A stretch of 52,088 nucleotides of DNA, the filler included, from Basidiobolus ranarum (Eukaryota): NCBI GenBank assembly GCA_040143965.1. It is 3 parts of 3 records of this genome, joined end to end, with 100 filler letters (N's around TTAATTAATTAA, not from the genome) between each part and the next. Parts side by side here need not be neighbours in the genome. Positions count along the whole stretch, not along the records: positions 17,422 to 34,732 come from JASJQH010007184.1; 2 more parts are not named here. One strand, given 5' to 3'. A program made the translations under genes and the position numbers. Positions 22,702-34,832 of this stretch are shown here, piece after piece; the first letter of the stretch is position 1, and each line of letters begins with the position of its first letter. The notes below the pieces were generated by a model that saw only the letters and a list, made by a program, of their open reading frames with translations, did no database searches and was not told the DNA's origin.

Positions 22702-24362
22702 ATGATACACACTACACCTGGAATTGTTTCCTCTACTCTATCTGGTTTATTGAGACGTCTCCCAACTCCTTCAGTCGTTGTGGTAGGTGGAGGGTTGGCC
22801 GGCTTATGTGCAGCTATTGAGGCGTATAAAAAAGGTGCCAATGTATGCTTACTAGAGAAGGAAGCCCGAATTGGCGGGAATTCTGCCAAAGCCACTAGCG
22901 GAATCAATGGAGTGCCAACGGAAGCACAGAAAGTCGCAGGAATAGAGGACACTGTAGAAGAATTTTTCAAAGTAGAGTATTCATACCAATTGAGTTTATT
23001 TAGACAATGTTTTATTAATTTACACCTTACTTTTGTTCATAACTACTGTAGGATACTGAAATCTCCGGCGGTCAACTGTCAGTACCCGAACTTGTTAAAG
23101 TATTGACCGAAAAAAGTAAAGAAGCCGTTGAATGGTTAGGAACTTTCGATCCTTCCATCAAATTGACCGTTTTGTCACAGTGTGGTGGCCATAGTAAACC
23201 ACGTACACACAGACTTGCACCTAAGGCGCCTGGCGCGCCTCCCATGCCAGTTGGATTTGGATTAATACAAACATTGGGTAACTATCTCTCGGCTGAAGAG
23301 CAAATATCTGAAGGAAGAATCACTATTGAAACCTCAAGTGTGGTATCCAAACTATTAACCAACTCTCACGGTGCGGTAACTGGGGTCAAAATATCGAAGA
23401 AGCTCGAGGATGGAAGCGAAGAAATCAGTGATATTCTCAGTGACGCCGTTATTTTATGTTCTGGTGGATTCGGTGCCAGTGCTTTAGTGGAGGATAAAAG
23501 CAACTCACTGGCTCAAGAATTCGCACCCCATGTGATCGGTCTCCCTACTACTAACGGTTCTTGGGCTCAAGGGGATGGTGTTAAACTGGCTCGTGATCCT
23601 TCTGTTGGTGCTGCACTAACACTTATGGATCAAGTACAAGTACATCCTACCGGTTATGTCCATTTACAAGATCCTGGTAATTCCACCAAGTTTTTAGCCC
23701 CCGAAGCATTACGTGGACATGGTGGTGTTCTCGTAAACAGCGAGGGAAAACGGTTTGTCAATGAACTTGGGCCACGTGATTACGTAACGGAGAATATATT
23801 CAAAAATTCGGGAAATGAATTGATGGCACACCCTAAAGGTTTTGATGCCTTACCATTGAAGGCAGCCTCCTATCTTATTTTATCTGAGAAAGCAGTACAA
23901 GACTACGATCCAGCCACTATAGGATTTTATGCTAAACGTGGACTATTCCATCAAACAAGCAACTTTGACGAGCTTGCGGAGCAACTTTCGGTAGACCGAA
24001 ACATCCTGTATGAAACTTTCCAAGATTATGATGATTGTGCCTCTGGTAGCAAAGAAGATGCATTCGGCAAGAAAGTATTCCCTGGGAAACTACTTACTCA
24101 ACCTAATGAGCCGTATTTCTGGGCCGTTGTCACTCCATCCATCCACTATACTATGGGCGGAGTGAAGATCAATGAAAATACTCAAGTATTGAATTCCCAA
24201 GACCAACCGATTTCAAACCTTTTCGGAGCTGGAGAGGTCACAGGTGGCGTCCATGGTAAGAACCGTCTTGCAGGAAACTCTCTTTTGGAGTGCGTTGTCT
24301 ATGGTCGTATTGCAGGCCAGCAAGCAGCCCATTCTGTATTGAATCAAAAGCTACTTTTTTGA
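22702..24362 (+). CDS. Soluble FAD-dependent fumarate reductase (Osm1/Frd1, flavocytochrome c flavin-domain family); intron 22972-23051
   Basis: VVVGGGLAGL FAD motif, GGNSAKATSGING, GGHSKPRTH, VQVHPTG, LAPEALRGHGG, FVNELGPRD, IHYTMGG, GEVTGGVHGKNRLAGNSLLECVVYG. Splicing EEFFK|DTEISG restores the frame. Confidence 0.93.
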
Positions 24363-24612
24363 GTTTCCATTGCGGCTTTTGTAAATAAAGACTGAATGCT
24401 TATAAAAAGGGGTTTGTCATGCAAAAGTAGTTGTCTATCTAGTGAAGTAGCAGGGGAATACTGAACAATTAATGTAAATAAGTCTACACTCTAACTCGAG
24501 GCAAATATAGACGAGAACCCAATATCCATTCTTAATGGATAGAAGAGGCAACTAGGAAAATCTTTGTCCAAAAGACATGAACATGACGAGGATATGACAA
24601 TTAGCGGTAGCC

Positions 24613-25920
24613 TTAAGTAGCTTTACCTTCTAAAATTTCTCTTAAACGTTTGATCTCTTTATCTTTTTCGGACAATTGTATTTGAAGTAGCTTCACATGA
24701 TCAACGACTAAAGTGTGATATTTTGTTAAATGAAGAAAAGGTAGCCTGAGCGTGATAGTCATTTATTACCTTGGCGTAAGAGTATTAATTTATTCTGCCT
24801 TTTCTGTGATACACCAGGAATTAAATCTTTAAGTTCGTTGAGGCAATCTTTGAATGCGTCACGTCTGTGTTGCTCTGCTGTACGATGATAGATTTTGCGA
24901 AGGTGCCACGGATTTTGTCTATATAAACAAGTCACAAATGATGAGAATCTTAGAATTTACGTTTAGTTGGTATATACCAACTTTGGCAACGGCTTGCTAA
25001 ATACAGGGTCGGTTTCACAGGTTGCTGTTTGACCATCTGGTATGATATGACGAAGATCGTATGATTTATACTTTGAATTTTCTGGTTGTGACACTGGAGT
25101 TTTCCTGAAGTTAGAACCTCCTTCATTCTCTGCTAACGAGAAGAATTCCTGGTTAGACAAGTTAGAGATACTTGGTGGCTGATTAGAATAGAGATACTTG
25201 GTGGCTGAATAGAATTAATTTAAATTGGGTGAGACAGTATTAATATATAATCACAAGGAACAAGTCCATACTATTATGTGAACCTATAGGTGTGGGCACC
25301 TGGTTAAGTGTCGGCTTAGTATGGAAATCAGTGGTTAGATTGTGGATAGTCTGCTCAAAAGGTTGACTGGAGAAGTACGGACTTTGCTGAGGCAATCCCA
25401 CAGTTGGCTTAACTAAGTAATCTTCAAATACTTGTTCATACGAGTATTAATGGGATTTCTATTACATTTCACTTACGAGAGAGAGGCAAAAAATACTCGT
25501 GATTAAAATTAGAAGAACTCAAGTTTCCATAAAATGATCCATTCGTAGCACGGGTATTTTCATCTAAACCATGGTTGACCTGGAGAGATGGATATTGTTT
25601 GGAATTGGAAGCCTCGGTACTTCTATAGTTTCCTCTGGTAATCCAACTTTGAAATTGGCAGAAATCAACTGGCATTAAACCCCAAGCTGAATCCTTCTTG
25701 GGTCGATCGTATAAGATGGGTGAAAGATTCTCGTGCGGTATATTTGGATTCGAATAAACTGTATTTTTCACCGCTGTAGATAGAGTCTAAAGAGGGATAA
25801 GTTCAAAATAAGGATTTGCTGTAGCTAAAGAAGCCAAAAGATTACCTTGTTTAGAGTTGTGGTTGAACTTTGACTAGAATTTACTTCTAAATATTCGGAT
25901 TCAAGGCTTGAAAAAGACAT
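24613..25920 (-). CDS. bHLH-leucine zipper transcription factor, 6 exons (25846-25920, 25477-25786, 25272-25430, 24982-25204, 24770-24918, 24613-24707), ~336 aa
   Basis: All five introns are GT-AG and phase-consistent. C-terminal RKIYHRTAEQHRRDAFKDCLNELKDLIP..RQNKLILLRQVVDHVKLLQIQLSEKDKEIKRLREIL is a bHLH followed by a zipper. N-terminal exon boundaries are less certain. Confidence 0.8.
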
Positions 25921-28357
25921 TATATTATTAGTGGCTAGAAGTTTAGACTACAGTGAAAAAGAGATAATTAGGATTGGACGAATAGTTAGTGGGCAAAAAG
26001 AATGTTTACAAAGGTTTTAAATGATTTCAAAATGACCAAGATATCTCGGATTAATATTTATTTATATGTACTGGAGCTTGAAAGTTTTGAGCACAAGAAG
26101 TTACATATTAGGGTCATGGAGATGTCATAATGGTGGGCTTACAAGCGTACTCTCATGTGGTTTTGGGTACAGAATGCTTGTTTTAGTATTCAAAACAGAG
26201 ATGGTTTTTTTGTCAAGACAGGATCTAATCCAGGTTGGGGACTATATATAGCATCACTGAACCAGTTGATGATCCATTCATATCTATCTTTACTCTATGC
26301 GGCTCCACCAGATATAAAGTTTAAGCATTGACTGCATCTAGTAGCGCAGCGTATCATATGTAGATTGCCACTTTCGAACACTATACGGACCAGTATAGCA
26401 ATGAGGCTCAACAATTTATCACCGCTGGGTCAATTTAGAGAAATACAGTTGAATTACTAATCTCGCCAGGTAAAGAGTCAGGATAAACTCGCTGTACTTG
26501 TTCGAAATCGCGTTGTGTTACCTCTTTCAGAAGCATAATTGAACCGTTCTCATCTCTGAATGGCCCATGTAAAAGGGGACCAGGCGTTACAGTACTAAAA
26601 AGAATCCCAAGTCCAGGAAACTTTAGCATGCTACTCATCTCAATCCTATTGCAACTGTAGGCGAAAAGAATGGGTTTGGAATTATAAGAGATCAATATGC
26701 AAGGAAAGGTCTGGCCTACCCACTGTTGATGTTACCAGGCCTACTGACTATCCAATTAAAATGTTGAGCTCTATATTGTCGAATAAACTTCGACTCTTCA
26801 GGTGATAGTTAGTAAATGAGTTATTAAGTGATGATTGTTAGCCCTAACCCTAATGACACTGGCCAATCCAAGTTCACTTTAGATAATCAGCACGGTTCTA
26901 ACACCTTACACCCATAAAATAGGTAATACAGATTCCAACATTGAGCTTATATATGTGATGGAATTATTAACACTCTTACGTAATATCTCCCATAATATCC
27001 CCCATGATATCCCCTGAATATATATGTATATATAGTTGTGGTGGCCAGATAAGATGATTGGGAAAATGAGTATTTGCCCATGTAGTTGTGACATATATGC
27101 TACTTTCATACAGTTGTGAATGAAACCATCTCTGCAATACAATTCCTGCTCCGCCTGTGTATATAAGACAATAAAGGTATCTATACTAGACACTGTACCT
27201 TGGGGTTTGTTATGACCAGAAGAGGCAATCATTGGAAAGGTTCGAGGGGAAGAGCAATTATCAAGGCAACTTGGATGTAAATAATAAGAAGCATGGATAT
27301 AATTAACCATTGATTAACCGTTGGTATTGGTCTGAACTCAACTCTCTGAATTAGGACTATATGGAGCTGGTGGTAGAGCCTAGAATTTCTGATTCGGAAT
27401 ATGACTAAAAGACTAGGAATAAAAAATGGCCTTTTGAGGAATTGAGAAAGGAGTGTGCTCTTCCTAACCCTAAATATAACCCTAAACATGCACCTCCGTT
27501 GCTATATCAAACTGGCTTGCCCAATCAAAGTGCAAATCACTATCAGTGTGATCCTAGTACTGTATCGAAAATGAAGTGACTTCACTTCCCTAGCGTCGAA
27601 AAGTCTCGGGGCATTTTGATGAAGTCAGCAATGATCAGCAATCAGTATTTATATTGCATTAATCTACGCTACATTTATATTGCATGGATTTACATTTGAT
27701 TTATGCATGATCTACTGATAAGTTGCTACTGGCGATCTACTTACTGATTAACTGCTACTCTTCCGCGTAACAACATGAAACCAGTCTTGGATAGAAATTT
27801 AGCAAGGGGCAGCGGTAGGACTCAGTCTCAAGAACCTAGCCATTCTTGCCGCGCTTGTAGTCACACTGGTAATGGAAAATTGTAATCACGCTGGTAATAG
27901 CACATACTTTGTTCAATTCCAACTTCAATACCGCCATATACGTTTCAACATTGGATTATGGAAGCTAGGTAAATAAATGTTTCGTCATAAATGTTCTCGG
28001 GCCAATTACCATTAATGTATCACCCCACGTCAGTTTCTTTGTAAGATATAGGTATATTGAAGCTATCTAGCCCAATGGTTGTTCCAGTTGGAGATGTTGC
28101 TTTGTCATGTAACCTTCGTCTTTGATTAATAACCCGTTTTATACTTTTTTGATATACGTGTATATTCTTAGCAAGAAATCAATCATAATTGGCTTTGCCT
28201 TAGGGATACTGTTCTAGTTTTGGAGAGTCTAGGCCTTTGAGAAGACAGTCACTTCATATCAATTCTATACATCGAATCTAAAATAAATTATACCAACTGG
28301 GCTACGATATAGCAAGCGAAGTGGTATAAATAACCAATCTTTCCAGATAAATGCACC

Positions 28358-29042
<685 letters not shown>

Positions 29043-30058
29043 GGAATGGATTATATATTTTGGAACTGTTGTAGTATAGGTCATGAATTGCTAAAGAGTT
29101 GAAGTAAAAGAAGTTATTGAGACTTCACGTAGAATTTATTCTCTGAACATCATTTTGGTATAATGGATCAAGTGATTGGGCAGGTGATTGGGGAAATAAT
29201 GCTAGTGTTAGACTCCGATCACATTGCGTATTTAATCGAACATTGATTCCCACAAACCAAATATTCTGCTGTGTAAATATGGTGATTGTGCAATGACCAT
29301 TCCAAGAGAATGATCGGAATTGAGCGGAATATAGTTGGATAAATCTCATCTCCGATGATAAAAACCAAGAGATCTCGAACCAATGTCGGCCAGATGCAGC
29401 AGTATAAAATCGCAGTCGCAGTGGCATTCATCTCCACTTCCACTCTCCAGACTTACCTTAGAGCTACCCTCACCATCCAACGTGACTTCTTGCTATGCAT
29501 GACGATTATGGTAAATACAGCCCCTCCTGGAAAGGAATTTTGTTCCTGACCAGTTTCATTCCAAGTAAGCATTGAGTAAAAATAGATAATTACAAATGTA
29601 GACGAAATGTAACATCAATAGTTACTAATTCAGATTGAGTTATCTCTGAATAGATTAGCAGTTGTATGAGGTTTCGTGGAATAGATATATACGTACTAGC
29701 TAAAGAGATGTGGGAGTAATTGGTTAGCGTTAATGCATGCAATATTATGCAGGACATTTTGTACAAAAACGAATTAATGGATGGTTAATGAAAAGTAACA
29801 ATGACTTTACTCTCCAGTTTATTATACCTTTGCATCAAAACAAGGCAAATTGTAGAAGAAAAGATAAAGTAAATGACCGAAATAGGAGGATGAATGTAAT
29901 ACACGGCGTTGGACAATTAATTAGCTATATGGGTGGGAAATAGGATACCCCATTCTATGCCTCCCTAATCGTGTGGTTAAAAGTTATAAAAACCCGTCAA
30001 CATGATCCAACTACTCATTCAACTCAAATAGCTTCTTCAATTTACTGATTCTCTAAAT

Positions 30059-31034
30059 ATGAAATTTTGGAACAATTCTTTGTTAGTCACCTTGGTAGGA
30101 CTTGCCTGCTCTATTAACGCACAAACCACCGAGACAGCTGATCCTACTGCTACTCCAAGCCCAGCTGCCGTCTCTGATGATAGCCAGTGGACCTGTAGCG
30201 CCACTCAAGCATGTCCTGAAGGATACTGTTGCTCAACATACGGATGGTAAATACCTCAATGACATATGCACACGACTCAGGCTTATATTAATTTGGTTCA
30301 ATTTTAGGTGTGGCAAAACCAAAGAACATTGCGTTGACTCCTGCCAATCTAACTGCAGTGCCGAGAACATCGACAGCTCCGTCGGTCTTGTCAACAATGG
30401 TACCGTTCCCTTAGGTCGTCTCATTGATAGTTGCGTAGTTCCAGGTACTGCTGCCATTACTTTCGATGATGGCCCAGTTAGCATTACCAAAGATTTACTT
30501 GCCACTCTTGCCGAGAAGGAAGTCAAGGTCACCTTCTTTGTCATCGGTGAGCAAATTGCTGATAATGCCGAAACTTTGAAGAGCGCTTTCGATGCTGGGC
30601 ATCATATTGCCTCCCATACTTGGAACCATCCTGATCTCAAGACATTATCTGATGAAGATGTTGCTTTACAGATGAAGAATACCTCCGATGCTATTTTCAA
30701 CGTCCTTGGTAAAAGACCCCAATACATGCGTCCCCCTTACGGCTCAGTCAGCGATCAAACTCTTCAAGTGTTAGGAAGCCTTGGATACAAAGTAATCTAC
30801 TGGAACTTGGATACCCTTGATTGGGAGACCAAAGATGGTGAGAAGACCCTCGAAGCTTACCAGCAATACCTGTCTACTGCTTCCGTCGAATCATCATCCA
30901 TTCTTTCTCTTCAACATGATATTCAAGATAGCACCATTGGTGTAGCTGGAAATATCATTGACCTTGTCAAAGAAGCCGGTTATAAGATTGTTACCGTTCC
31001 TGAATGCTTGGGTGACACTGGACTTTACTATTAG
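30059..31034 (+). CDS. Secreted CE4 chitin deacetylase with N-terminal CBM18 (hevein-like) domain; intron 30247-30307
   Basis: Signal peptide, then CSATQACPEGYCCSTYGW|CGKTKEHC...CQSNC (hevein). NodB motifs TFDDGP, HTWNHP, RPPYG, DTLDW and LQHD. Confidence 0.95.
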
Positions 31035-32471
31035 ATACCCCTATTTAGCGTAATAGTTATACGTTTTTGCATAATTAATAATCAGCTAATCTAGTATTCG
31101 GTGATTATATTCCATTGATATCACCATCATTTTCAAGCTCATTTTTGTGATTTCCTATGGTTTTTATTTAAGTCAGGCACAATAAATGTACCAATAGATT
31201 CCATTTAAAATATTGATATTCTTATGATTACTTGAGATATATTGATTGGATTCATCGGAAGTTTTGTCTTTCACTCAAATCCTACAATGTGGTACCAATA
31301 TAGACTTACAAAGAGAGGGATTTTTTCCTGTCGGAAATACTACCAAAATTGGTAATAGTAATTTAATCTTGCATATACTCACAATATATTTACAAACTGG
31401 CACTAGTCATTCCACAGTTTGCGAGAAAGTATTAAATAAATAGTGTGTGACTACTACTAGGCGAAAGACTACAAGACGTTGATGTGGTATGAGTATGAGT
31501 GTGTATCGGTAACATAGATAATCTACCGTGTACCGATTAGAGTAAGTTGAGTAATACGAGAAAGGTTCAAGCTTACAACAATCGGGTAACATGCTTGTCC
31601 TATCCTAGCCCTGCAGTATAGAGCATGTGTAAGGAAAGAAGCGTTAATAAGATGCAGTACTATCAAAATTGGACTATATTCACAAAGTGAATCATTATCG
31701 CACGAGCTTCAGAAAATCAGTGTTGATTCTCAGTCGAGATATAGCCCAGGTCCTACATTGGAGAAATATCATAAGAATCTAGTTCTCCTCAGAATAAGGG
31801 ATAGATTATCGAAGTGAATTCTTCCACAATTCATGATACAAAAGTAATAAGGTCGAAATAAACTTGTAGAAGCATATATAAAGCATAAATTCCAAGGTTT
31901 GAAGGAATAGAAACAATTTTACCAACGTATGCAGTCTCTTATGCTGATATGGCATTTATTAGTATCCACATTGTTGATGTCGAAATTTAAAAAAAAAGAA
32001 GCAGAGATCAAATTCCTATAACTCCTTTCACTTATTACATATTCCCAATGTTTACACATACAATGCTTTGGTGCTGATAAGAATTGTACCAGTGAGCTAA
32101 AACTACTGTATATATAGGAAGTGTTCTCTTGGCATCCTTTAGTTTATCGTATATGATTGTGATGATCCTAGTCACGTGCTTCATTTGTAGTTGTTACGTC
32201 GTTACATCTATGTTTCTTCCAGGACAATGTGTGTGTTTCTTATGCCAGCGTTTCTGAGATTTCTGATGGCTGTGTTTATACTGTTTACATACAAATCAAA
32301 GAATAATTTTCATTCATTGATATTGTCTAAATCCATTGTGTAGATTGGTTTGGATTTTCACCAACACTTTACCAAACACACTTTTAGTCTATCGGTGGTT
32401 TGACCAAATAGGAAGTGAGCTATTTGTTTGCTTGGTTCCAATCCTTATATTAATAAGAGTGTTCATGACCA

Positions 32472-34732
32472 ATGTCCGAGCAGACAGAAGAATTGACCCG
32501 ACACGACGGTAAAGTTTATCCCATACAAATCTAAGAGCATAACGACTTTCATGTCTAGCATTTATAAAGCACAGCCATCCTTTACCTCTGTTGGATTCCA
32601 CTCACCATCTCCACTTTAGGTGTTTCTCTTAAAAAAAAGAGACGTTCTTCTGTTAAACAGAGTCCATTAACCACTCCAAAACCTCCTAAATCGGAGAAAG
32701 GGTTTTCTGCCATATTGGAAACATTACCACTATCAAAAAGAAGACTTTTTGAGAAACGAGGGGTTATACGTGTAAGTCCCAAAACACCTCCAATTGAACC
32801 TAAACTCAAAGAAAATTCTACTATGGTAAAAAAGAAGAGAAAGAGAGGGGATAAAGTAGGTAAGATAGGTTTATTAGAATACTTCTAAAGAGGTGGTGGT
32901 GAATCTGACTATGGTTAATTTTAGAAACAAGTAAAAATCTTCCGCCTGTTGTAACTCCTGGAGATAAAAATACTAATGGCTCAAAGAAGAAAATAAAATT
33001 GAAGAAAAAACTCGGTGGATTGGGTCAAGATACTGGAAGTACTAGAGATATTAATCCATTTGACATTTCTGGTCTGGATGGCGAATTCATCGACGAAACT
33101 ATGGACTCCAGTGTCAATCGGAAGATCATTGATACAACATCACAATATCTACTATCTAAGCATTCAAAGTCAGAGAAATCGGATCTCAGTGAAGAGAAAG
33201 GAAAGGGGAAAGGAAAGGACAAGCATTCGAGTGTCAAAACGGAGACACCTAAAAAGACATCGAAGAAAATAAAATCCAAATCTCCGACAAGTGCTAAAAT
33301 CGAAAGCAAACTCGTTCAACCTCTTTCTAAACAACCTACACCGACAGATTCCAAATCACTACCGATTGAAAATCAAGCTAGTCCTGTGGTTGTTTATGAA
33401 GTAAAACGAGACAAAGCAGTACATAAGAAAGAAAAACTTTTTGAAAATATCAACGAACATGTCAAAACTGACTTAATTGTAAAGGATGTGATTGAGAGAT
33501 CTATTCCTCAATACTCCACTTCTAAGAATACTAAAAGGCAACAACAGCCCGTCAATGAGACACCATCTAAGAAACCCAACAAACGCGACATTAGTGAAGT
33601 ATATGTCAGTAAGGATATTGAAGTTAAGCCTCCTAATGTAGTTGTCAATGAAGAACCTAAAAAAAAGAAAAGGAAGAAGAAAAAGAGGAAAAATGGTATT
33701 TCTTCCTTAACTATTTTGCCTATGAATATTATGCTAAAGTGTGTGAATTATTAAGCTCTAGATGTAGATAGCGGATCTACCATAGCTATAGTAGAAAAAG
33801 CTAAGGGTAAAACTCCTTCTAATATAGTTGCAGTACCAGAAGCCAAGAATACAACTATTCCACCTATTACGACTTCAGTTCAAGATGGTACGGATGAGCA
33901 CAGCACTTCTGCAGCTACTACAATAATTAAAACCAAGAAAGCAACAATCGCACCGGCTGTGACTCCATCAAAAGACAAAAAAATTCCTGTTGCACCTATC
34001 ATGACTTCAACACCCAAAGTCAAAAAAGCAGCCATTGCACCGGCCGTGACTTCATCAAAAGTCCAGAGAGTTACTACTGCATCTACCGTAACTCCGGTTC
34101 AAGAGGTTGAGGATGAACCTGCCATTTCTACCATGACTTCAACATCAAAGGGTAAGAAAGCTACTATTACTCCGACTGTGACTTCAACACCAAAAGGCAA
34201 GAATGCTACTGTTACACCTACCGCAGCTTCAGTTCAAGAAGTTGAAGATGAACTTACCATTTCTACAGTAGCCACAGTGCCAGAAAGTAAGAAAGCAACT
34301 GTTGCATCGACCGTGACTCCGACACCAAAAATTAAGAAAACAGATATTGCACCCGCCATGGCTTCAGCGCTAAAAGGCAAGAAAGTTACTGTTACACCTA
34401 CCGCAACTTTGGCTCAAGGAGTTGAGGATGAACTTAACATTCCTACAGTAGCTACAGTGCCTTCAGACAAGAAAGCAACTATTGCACCGGCCGTAACTCC
34501 AACATCAAAAATCAAGAAAGCAGTTGATGAGCCGACCGTGGCTTCAACACCGAAAGGCAAGAAAGCAGCTATTCAAGTCAAGAAAGTCACTGTTACACCT
34601 ACCGTAACTGTGGCTCAAGAAGTTGAGGATGAACTTAACATTCCTACAGCAGCTACAGCGCCAAAAGGCAAGAAGGCAACTATTGCACTGGCCGTGACTT
34701 CAACGCCAAAAGGGAACAAAGTTACTGTTACA
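32472..34732 (+). CDS. Large Lys-rich, probably nuclear and disordered protein with Thr/Ala/Lys repeats; exons 32472-32508, 32620-32859, 32925-33695, 33756->34732 (3' truncated)
   Basis: Three phase-1 GT-AG introns link one open frame. Poly-Lys NLS-like tracts (KKKRR, KKKKRKKKKRK), then ~15-aa KKATIAPAVTSTPKG repeats. No recognisable folded domain. Confidence 0.75.
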
Positions 34733-34832
34733 NNNNNNNNNNNNNNNNNNNNNNNNNNNNNNNNNNNNNNNNNNNNTTAATTAATTAANNNNNNNNNNNN
34801 NNNNNNNNNNNNNNNNNNNNNNNNNNNNNNNN
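34733..34832. other. Artificial contig linker
   Basis: 44 N + TTAATTAATTAA + 44 N, identical to the first linker. Confidence 0.98.

Noticed and set aside
26435..27489. Minus-strand ORFs of 86-134 aa between the bHLH and C2H2 genes
   Set aside because: No motifs or splice-consistent model; part of the region looks CpG-poor and may be TE debris.
29125..29549. Overlapping short ORFs downstream of the C2H2 gene
   Set aside because: No recognisable protein features or consistent gene structure.
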